Of a DNA stretch of 64,000 nucleotides, positions 57,847 to 64,000 are shown in pieces (the first letter of the stretch is position 1; every line of letters starts with the position of its first letter). Origin of the DNA: Deltaproteobacteria bacterium (GTDB lineage: Bacteria; Desulfobacterota; Dissulfuribacteria; Dissulfuribacterales; QOAL01); assembly GCA_015494395.1 (NCBI GenBank), contig WGBG01000180.1:10329-74328 (forward strand), given 5' to 3'. Both the position numbers and the translations under genes were made by a program. Under the pieces are notes generated by a model, which searched no databases, was not told the origin of the DNA, and worked only from the letters and a program-made list of their open reading frames with translations.

Positions 57847-58869
57847 TTGCTTAAAGGTTTACGGAAAGTTTTCAGAAAAAATCTGGGCATCGACCTGGGT
57901 ACTGCCAATACCCTTATCTATCTTGAGGATGTGGGGATTGTGTTTAACGAGCCTACTGCAGTTGCAAGGTCTGATGCTGGAAAACTGCTTGCTGTTGGAA
58001 GTCAGGCGTGCAGTTATCTTGGGCGGACCCCTGAGGGCATTGAGGCATTAAGGCCAATGGCCCGCGGTGTTATCAGTGATTATGATGCTGTATCCTCCTT
58101 TCTTCATGCCATACTTGATGAGGTAAGAGACAGGCAGGCGCTGTTATCACCGGATGTTGTGGTGTGTGTGCCCTCCAACATAACCCGGACTGAGCAGAGG
58201 ACTGTCCTTGAGGCAGTCATGGAGGCTGATGTCCACAGGGCATGGCTCATGGAGGAGGTTATGGCAGCAGCAGTTGGTGCAGGTGTTGCAGGCCCTGATG
58301 AGCCGCCGGCAATGGTGCTTGACATGGGCGGTGGGACTTCAGAGGCTGCAATAATAAGTGACATGGCATATCTCGCCTGTGAGACCCTGCGTGTTGCAGG
58401 TGATGATATGAATGAACAGGTGGCCCGGTACATGAAGCGGCAAAGGGGGCTTGTCATGAGTATTTCCGGTGCTGAAAAGCTTAAATGGGATGCCGGATGC
58501 GTGCCCGGCTGGAAAGGCGGCCCGCTTACTGCCCAGGCAGGAGGAAAGGATATTGTGACCGGTCTTCCCACTACCTGTGAAGTTACCTCAACCGAGCTTG
58601 CCCCTGTGTTTGAAGAGATAGTGGAAAATATCGTTGATCTTGTGAAGGAAGTTATGCGCCAGGTTGATGTTGAAGTGTTGCATCATGTGGTCTCAAAGGG
58701 TGCCCTGCTTACCGGAGGAGGTTCCATGCTGCGGGGCCTGGCATCGTATCTTTCAGCTCGTTGCGGTATCAGGTTCCATCCTGCAGAAAACCCTCTTGAA
58801 ACGGTTATAGCCGGAGCAGGAACTGTGGTTCAGGATATTCCTGCGTGGCGTTCCGTATTTGTAAATTAA
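57847..58869 (+). CDS. mreB: MreB/Mbl-family actin-like protein
   Basis: GIDLGTANTLIY, LRPMARGVISDYD and DMGGGTSEAA. TTG start with GAGGA 4 nt upstream. No mreCD follows. Confidence 0.8.
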   Translation: MLKGLRKVFRKNLGIDLGTANTLIYLEDVGIVFNEPTAVARSDAGKLLAVGSQACSYLGRTPEGIEALRPMARGVISDYDAVSSFLHAILDEVRDRQALLSPDVVVCVPSNITRTEQRTVLEAVMEADVHRAWLMEEVMAAAVGAGVAGPDEPPAMVLDMGGGTSEAAIISDMAYLACETLRVAGDDMNEQVARYMKRQRGLVMSISGAEKLKWDAGCVPGWKGGPLTAQAGGKDIVTGLPTTCEVTSTELAPVFEEIVENIVDLVKEVMRQVDVEVLHHVVSKGALLTGGGSMLRGLASYLSARCGIRFHPAENPLETVIAGAGTVVQDIPAWRSVFVN

Positions 58870-59087
58870 AAACTATTCAGCGTGGTAAATGGTCTTGTTT
58901 TTCCGTTCCGATGAACAATTTCTTGTTTTTCTAAGGCTTGCTCCACCAAAATCGCGAAACTCGCTCGGGCCTCGCTCAGACAGACGCGATTTTTTTTGGC
59001 TCCGCTTCGCCAAGAAAAACTACGAAATTATTCAAAGTCACTCCAAAACAAGACCATTTACCAACTTTAATTCAAGGCGATAGTGGA
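58870..59087. mobile_element. family A MITE, chimeric copy with core inverted relative to its ends (A9)
   Basis: The left end is the spacer-less type (CTATTCAGCGTGGTAAATGG). The right end is the spacer type (CCATTTACCAACTTTAATTC..). The interior reads in the orientation seen in the minus-strand copies. Confidence 0.7.
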
Positions 59088-59948
59088 ATGAAATACCTCC
59101 CGGAGTTTTCACCTGATGTTTCACCAGAACATCAGCACATTATCACCACTGCTGTAAATGCAGCTCTTAAGGCAGGCAGTGTACTCATGGAACTTTACTC
59201 TCAGCCTCATGACATCAAGTACAAGGGTGATATTGACCTTGTAACAGAGGCGGATGTAGCCTCGGAAAAGGCTGTTAAGGAGATATTGAGCACCGAGAGC
59301 AGTGCGCCAATAATGGCAGAGGAGTCTGCCACTGATATTTCCTGCCCTCAGGGAGCGGTCTGGATTATTGACCCCCTTGACGGCACCACCAACTATGCCC
59401 ACGGCTTCCCATTTTTCTGCGTCTCTGTCTGTTACTATCTTGGCAGTCCGGTTGATGGCATGGAGGCAGGCCCGCTTGCAGGTGCTGTGTACTGCCCGGT
59501 GCTTGATGAGATGTTTGCTGCCTTAAGGGGTCATGGGGCATGGCTTAACTCCGTCATTATCAGAACCACGTCTGAACATAATCTTGGCAGGGGGCTTATG
59601 GCAACCGGGTTTCCGTACACCATCAGGCAGGAATCACAGTGGGTCATTGATGCCCTCAAGCGGGTAATTGTAAAGGCGCAGGGCATCAGGCGGGCAGGGG
59701 CGGCAGCCCTTGACCTTGCATGGCTTGCAGCCGGCAGGGTTGATGGTTTCTGGGAGGCCGGGCTAAAGCCCTGGGATACTGCTGCAGCCCAGCTCCTTGT
59801 AACAGAGGCAGGTGGAACGGTTACAGATTTTGCAGGAGGGGAGTATAATCCCTTTATGAAGGAGATATTGGCATCTAATGGTCCGCTTCATTCATCTCTT
59901 GTGGAGATATTGTCAGATTTCAGCGGAAAAAAGGGCAGCACACTCTGA
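59088..59948 (+). CDS. inositol monophosphatase-family protein (SuhB-like)
   Basis: WIIDPLDGTTNYAHG and WDTAAA motifs. ATG 59088 is preferred because the upstream extension to 58938 is MITE sequence. Confidence 0.85.
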   Translation: MKYLPEFSPDVSPEHQHIITTAVNAALKAGSVLMELYSQPHDIKYKGDIDLVTEADVASEKAVKEILSTESSAPIMAEESATDISCPQGAVWIIDPLDGTTNYAHGFPFFCVSVCYYLGSPVDGMEAGPLAGAVYCPVLDEMFAALRGHGAWLNSVIIRTTSEHNLGRGLMATGFPYTIRQESQWVIDALKRVIVKAQGIRRAGAAALDLAWLAAGRVDGFWEAGLKPWDTAAAQLLVTEAGGTVTDFAGGEYNPFMKEILASNGPLHSSLVEILSDFSGKKGSTL

Positions 59949-59951
59949 GTT

Positions 59952-60431
59952 ATGACATCATGGCGATATAAAAAATGCCCGGTTTGCGGGGCTGAGATCG
60001 AGGTCTATGCAAATCCTGTACCCACTGTAGATATTATCATCGAAGTCAAGGGGAGTGGTATTGTCCTCATAGAGAGAAAAAATGCGCCTCATGGCTGGGC
60101 GATTCCAGGCGGGTTTGTAGATTACGGTGAAAGTGTGGAAACTGCGGCAGTGCGGGAGGCAAAGGAGGAGACCGGGCTTGATGTAATGCTTAAAGGTCTG
60201 CTTGGTGTCTATTCAAATCCCCAAAGAGACTGCCGCGTTCATACTGTCAGCACAGTGTTTGTTGCAGAGGCCCAGGGAAATCCCAATGCAGGAGATGACG
60301 CAGCAAATGCAAGGTGTTTTTCAAGTGATAACCTGCCGAATGAGCTTGCCTTTGATCATGGGCTGATTCTGGCACACTACATAAAATACCTTGAGGGCGC
60401 CAGGTGTCTTTGTACTGTCCAGCATGGGTAA
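59952..60431 (+). CDS. NUDIX hydrolase with N-terminal zinc-ribbon
   Basis: Nudix box [25 protein letters not shown]-terminal CPVCG. Confidence 0.8.
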   Translation: MTSWRYKKCPVCGAEIEVYANPVPTVDIIIEVKGSGIVLIERKNAPHGWAIPGGFVDYGESVETAAVREAKEETGLDVMLKGLLGVYSNPQRDCRVHTVSTVFVAEAQGNPNAGDDAANARCFSSDNLPNELAFDHGLILAHYIKYLEGARCLCTVQHG

Positions 60432-60461
60432 CGCAGCGGCCTGAAATTAAGTTTTATCAAT

Positions 60462-61949
60462 ATGGGAAATAAGAGGATAACCAGAAAAGACCTGGATGTG
60501 GTCATATCACGTCTTTTCAGTAATGAAAAGGGCGAGATACCCTGCATGTCAGATACTGTCCGCAGGCTCATGGCACTGGATCCGGACAGTGATGTCTCCA
60601 TGCAGGAACTTGCCGAGGTTATTCTTGAGGATTACGGGCTTATCAACAAGGTTCTCATAGTTGTAAATTCTTCTTATTACAGGCGGTTAAATACAGAGAT
60701 CACCACTGTTACCCAGGCGGTAGTAATGCTTGGCTTTAACACTGTGAGAAGTATTGCGGTGGACATGGCCATGCTTGATCTGCTTGCAGATAACAGCAAC
60801 CCCATTGCACTTAATGTGCTGGCCGAGACATTCTTTGCAGCAAATTTTGCCCAGATCATCCAGTCTGAATTAAAAATCGGCTCTTCAGAGGCAATTTTTG
60901 TTGCCTCTCTTTACAGGCCAATCGCACGCATTGTAACGGTCCTTTATGACCCTGAACTTTATTCCACCTTGGTCGAAATGGAAAATGCCTCCAACTCGTC
61001 TGAAAGACAGATAGCCAGGGATTTTTTCAGGGAAACCGGCTACAGGCTTGCAGAACTCTGGAGTGTACCGGCAAGCCTCTCCGGTTTCATGGAGGGATGC
61101 AAGCAGCATGCATCTTCCGTGGAGCCGAAATATCTTGAACTTGTTAGGGCCGCAGCACGCGTGAGCTCCATGCTGTTTGGAGGTGGAGATGGAGAGCAGA
61201 TAGCAGCACTTCTGAAGAAGTTTCAGAAGAATTTTAATCTTGACAGGGATGTTGTTCAAAGAAGCCTTGAAAAGGCCGTGTCGCTTACCTCGGACAAGAG
61301 AACTGAATTTTGTAAATTGCTCAAAAATGTCAGTGTGGGCGGGGTATTAAGCCAGTCTGAGACATCTCCCCAGATTCAGCAAGATCAGGAAGAACATGAC
61401 CAAATCGTCCAGGATGAGGAGAGGGGAAAAGAATCAGATGATCGAGATGAACTATTTCTTGATCTCCTTAATCAGATTACCAGTGCCATACTTGAGAATA
61501 AGTTTACTTTGGACCAGGTACTGCTTTTGGCTGTGGAGGTGATACGCCGCGGTTTTGATCCTCTCAATATCGCTCTCTGTCTGTTTACTCCTGACAGAAA
61601 AAGGCTCGTAGTGCGATATTCGCTTGGAAAACAGGCGGGAATAATTAAAAAATATCTTGATGTTCAGGATCCTTTGAATAATCCACCTTTAAAAGCGGCA
61701 TTTCAGAAGGACTGCGAGGTGATGGGTACATGGAGGCAGCTTCTTCCTGAACTGGTACCTAATGATGCAGGAGGGCTTTTGACCAACCAGGTGTGTGCAA
61801 GTCCTGTTCAAGTCAAAGGCAGGCCCGTTGGTTGTATTCTGTGCGACTTCAGTTCCTCAAGAAAAATCAATGGAAAAGAGCTTAAGAAAATAGCCCAGGT
61901 AAGAAAGCTTGTGGTGCTTTCTGCCATGCAGAGGGTGTCTGGGCGTTAA
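60462..61949 (+). CDS. HDOD-domain signalling protein with C-terminal GAF-like domain
   Basis: HDOD pattern (ELAEVILEDYGLINKVLIVVNSSYY..ITTVTQAVVMLGFNTVRSIA). GAF-like C-terminus. Confidence 0.7.
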   Translation: MGNKRITRKDLDVVISRLFSNEKGEIPCMSDTVRRLMALDPDSDVSMQELAEVILEDYGLINKVLIVVNSSYYRRLNTEITTVTQAVVMLGFNTVRSIAVDMAMLDLLADNSNPIALNVLAETFFAANFAQIIQSELKIGSSEAIFVASLYRPIARIVTVLYDPELYSTLVEMENASNSSERQIARDFFRETGYRLAELWSVPASLSGFMEGCKQHASSVEPKYLELVRAAARVSSMLFGGGDGEQIAALLKKFQKNFNLDRDVVQRSLEKAVSLTSDKRTEFCKLLKNVSVGGVLSQSETSPQIQQDQEEHDQIVQDEERGKESDDRDELFLDLLNQITSAILENKFTLDQVLLLAVEVIRRGFDPLNIALCLFTPDRKRLVVRYSLGKQAGIIKKYLDVQDPLNNPPLKAAFQKDCEVMGTWRQLLPELVPNDAGGLLTNQVCASPVQVKGRPVGCILCDFSSSRKINGKELKKIAQVRKLVVLSAMQRVSGR

Positions 61950-61958
61950 GCACTGCTT

Positions 61959-62156
61959 GTAACTGTTCATCGGGCTTATGTTAATAAAGGTTGGTAAATG
62001 GTCTTGTTTTTCTAAGGCTTGCTACGCCAAAATCGCAAAACTCGCTGGTCCCTTGCTCAGACAGACGCGATTTTTGTGGCTGCGCTTCGCCAAAAAAACT
62101 ACGAAATTGTTCAAAGTCACTCCAAAACAAGACCATTTACCACGCTGAATAGATAC
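61959..62156 (-). mobile_element. family A MITE (A10), with ~28-bp internal deletion
   Basis: Canonical ends. Perfect 8-bp duplication CACTGCTT (61951..61958 and 62157..62164). It lacks ccgttccggagaacaatttcttgttttt, a segment bounded by the direct repeat cttgttttt in other copies. Confidence 0.9.
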
Positions 62157-62270
62157 CACTGCTTTAACCTACTCCTGACATTATAGCCTGCCGCATTAGT
62201 GGAATGGCCGTAAGTCAGAAACCGGAGAACAAGCAGGTTCGTAAAGTTTATTCATACGGAAACAAATATT

Positions 62271-62696
62271 ATGGAAACATCAATTTGTCCTGTTGATGCC
62301 GGTTCGCAATCGGCGGTACCTTCGCGTTTTCCAGCGTGGGTAACATGGCTTGCCTTTGCTGTGGGCCTTACAGGGGCAATTTCACTTCGCCTTATCCTGA
62401 TAGCCAAGGCCTACAGGCCGGAACTGGTTCGCCTCCTATGGTATGTGGGGGTGTGCGGAAACATGATTTTTTTCATGTTCCGGGCATTTATAACCCAGAG
62501 GCGCCGGCATTTGATTGCCTCGCTGCGTCTCAGGGAAAAACTTCGTGAGGAAGACAGCCTGTGCCCTGCAGATTATGAGGCGTTAAGATATCTGGTTGAA
62601 AGCCTTTATATATCAAAGGAGAGATGGAACTACCTAATCATTTTTGTATGTTCTGTGCTTGCCATAGCCTGGGATGTATTTGTCGTGGGGTTCTGA
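62271..62696 (+). CDS. hypothetical membrane protein
   Basis: 141 aa with three or four predicted hydrophobic helices. I recognise no family. Confidence 0.4.
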   Translation: METSICPVDAGSQSAVPSRFPAWVTWLAFAVGLTGAISLRLILIAKAYRPELVRLLWYVGVCGNMIFFMFRAFITQRRRHLIASLRLREKLREEDSLCPADYEALRYLVESLYISKERWNYLIIFVCSVLAIAWDVFVVGF

Positions 62697-63457
62697 TTTT
62701 TCCTGTTAAACTGTACCACCTCTTCAAATTTAACACCTGTTCCGCCAAAGATGTCCAGTGCGCTTCCAATGGTAAGGTCTATGCGGTCTTTGCCAAGTTT
62801 CTTTACAAGGTAAAGGTCATTCATGTCCTTTGCGCCCCCTGCGTAGGTGGTGGGGATTGGTGACCACTCTCCAAGCATTTGAACAAGCTCTGTCTCTATT
62901 CCTCGGCACTTGCCCTCTACATCTGCAGCATGGATAAGAAATTCCGAGCAGTATTCTGAAAGGTCCTCCAAGGTTTCCCTGGAAATGGTTACATTGGTAA
63001 AATTCTGCCACCTGTCTGTAACTATAAAAAAATCATCCCCCCGTTTTCGGCAGCTTAAATCCAGGACCAGGCCCTCTCTGCCAACAATGTTTTTAAGGTT
63101 TTTTATTCTGTCATGCAGTATCTCTCCATCTCTGAAACACCAGGAGGTCACAATAACCGCCTCAGCCCCTGCCTCCATCCACATTGCGGCATTTGTGTCA
63201 TTTATGCCCCCACCGATCTGAAGTCCCCCGGGCCAGGCAGACAGTGCATCCCTGGCAGCCTCTTCATTTCCCGGTCCAAGCATTATCACATGGCCACCCC
63301 GCATGTCATGTTTTCTGAAGAGTTTGGCAAACCATGACGGTGGGTGTTCTGAAACGAAATTTTCTTTAAGGGTGGCCGGAGATGAATCACTGAGCGTTGA
63401 GCCGATTATCTGTTTGACCTTTCCATTGTGAAGGTCTATGCATGGTCGGAATTTCAT
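62630..63457 (-). CDS. HisA/His6-type phosphoribosylformimino-AICAR-ribotide isomerase homolog
   Basis: From ATG 63457: MKFRPCIDLHNGKVKQIIG.., GGLQIGGGIND. The C-terminal tail overlaps the convergent gene by ~67 nt. Confidence 0.75.
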   Translation of the reverse strand: MKFRPCIDLHNGKVKQIIGSTLSDSSPATLKENFVSEHPPSWFAKLFRKHDMRGGHVIMLGPGNEEAARDALSAWPGGLQIGGGINDTNAAMWMEAGAEAVIVTSWCFRDGEILHDRIKNLKNIVGREGLVLDLSCRKRGDDFFIVTDRWQNFTNVTISRETLEDLSEYCSEFLIHAADVEGKCRGIETELVQMLGEWSPIPTTYAGGAKDMNDLYLVKKLGKDRIDLTIGSALDIFGGTGVKFEEVVQFNRKNQNPTTNTSQAMASTEHTKMIR

Positions 63458-63495
63458 TTTTTCCCCTAAACAGATAGTAAACATGAACAGTATGA

Positions 63496-63948
63496 TTACT
63501 GTTTGCGGTTGAGACGCACACAGAAAAATTTTGGTGTTTTTCGCATATATGCTTTGTATTTTTCCCCCAGCCTCTGAACCAGCTCCTTCTCCTCAAGAGG
63601 AATAATAATAAAATATGTCAGGATAAAGTCCAACACCGCCACAAGAAACAGGGCAATATATCCTGTAAGAATGGCAACGCCAAAAAACATAAGTGCGTGG
63701 GAAAAATACGTGGGATGCCTGCAGCAGTTAAAGGGCGGTGCAGTTACATGGGTACTTTTAACAGAATCCGTAACCTCAGGAACCCCGATGATTATGTGCC
63801 CCATTACCTTTGCTGTCCAAGCCTGAAGAATTAGTCCAGCAATAAAGAGAATCATACCACTCATTGCAACAGGCAGGGGGAAATCTATCTGAAATTGTAA
63901 AATGAAACACCTGAATTTTATCACTATAAAAAGCCACGGAATCCACAT
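63496..63948 (-). CDS. isoprenylcysteine carboxyl methyltransferase (ICMT/PEMT)-family membrane protein
   Basis: Multi-TM with the family motif RHPTYFSHALMFFG. Confidence 0.6.
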   Translation of the reverse strand: MWIPWLFIVIKFRCFILQFQIDFPLPVAMSGMILFIAGLILQAWTAKVMGHIIIGVPEVTDSVKSTHVTAPPFNCCRHPTYFSHALMFFGVAILTGYIALFLVAVLDFILTYFIIIPLEEKELVQRLGEKYKAYMRKTPKFFCVRLNRKQ

Positions 63949-64000
63949 AAGGGCAGTAAATATATAGGCTCCAATACCTGCGTGTCTTTTGCCTGAGCAG

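Noticed and set aside
18354-62156. Could the recurring ~220-bp sequence be a CRISPR array or other tandem array?
   Set aside because: The copies are dispersed over 44 kb in both orientations, are separated by genes, and are flanked by target-site duplications. There is no regular repeat-spacer periodicity and no cas genes.
1-64000. A search for a prophage, an integrative element, a defence island, toxin-antitoxin pairs, tRNA/rRNA genes or riboswitches.
   Set aside because: I saw no integrase, transposase, phage structural genes, cas genes, restriction-modification genes or cloverleaf-like intergenic sequences. The intergenic space is largely accounted for by the three repeat families. The absence of small RNAs cannot be proven by eye.

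Overview
This 64-kb chromosomal window comes from a Gram-negative bacterium. The gene content (Lpt machinery, a PEP-CTERM-type EPS locus, sigma-54 and sigma-28 promoters) suggests a Desulfobacterota-like organism, but that is inference only. I call about 56 CDS. I saw no rRNA, tRNA, CRISPR array, integrase or transposase.

Layout:
- 1-9.6 kb (minus strand): a translationally coupled sugar-modification operon containing several domain fusions. It is headed by a NusG paralog and a wHTH regulator behind a long leader.
- 10-18.2 kb (minus): a PEP-CTERM-associated EPS export and chain-length module. No exosortase is present in the window.
- 18.8-22.5 kb (minus): four secreted proteins, two with VPIPGA-type PEP-CTERM-like anchors and two with dockerin repeats. 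They sit behind two near-identical sigma-54 promoters.
- 22.7-30.6 kb: a UvrD-like helicase, a UDP-sugar epimerase, glmS, an HNH protein and a two-component system whose kinase carries a periplasmic CXXCH.
- 31-45 kb: an envelope-lipid island containing lptB, an MsbA-like ABC exporter, an spt-acp-reductase-FAAL sphingolipid-type cluster, a GNAT, two nucleotidyltransferases and lptFG.
- 45-64 kb: cheW-mcp and housekeeping genes.

The most unusual signal is non-coding. Three families of structured repeats fill most intergenic spaces. Family A is a roughly 220-bp MITE with 8-bp target duplications, present as 11 copies or fragments. Family B is a roughly 140/208-bp MITE with 5-bp duplications. 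Family C is a palindromic composite element. Several copies are nested in one another, and several abut or supply stop and start codons.

All repeat boundaries were read by eye and are good to a few bp. No alignments or database searches were run.
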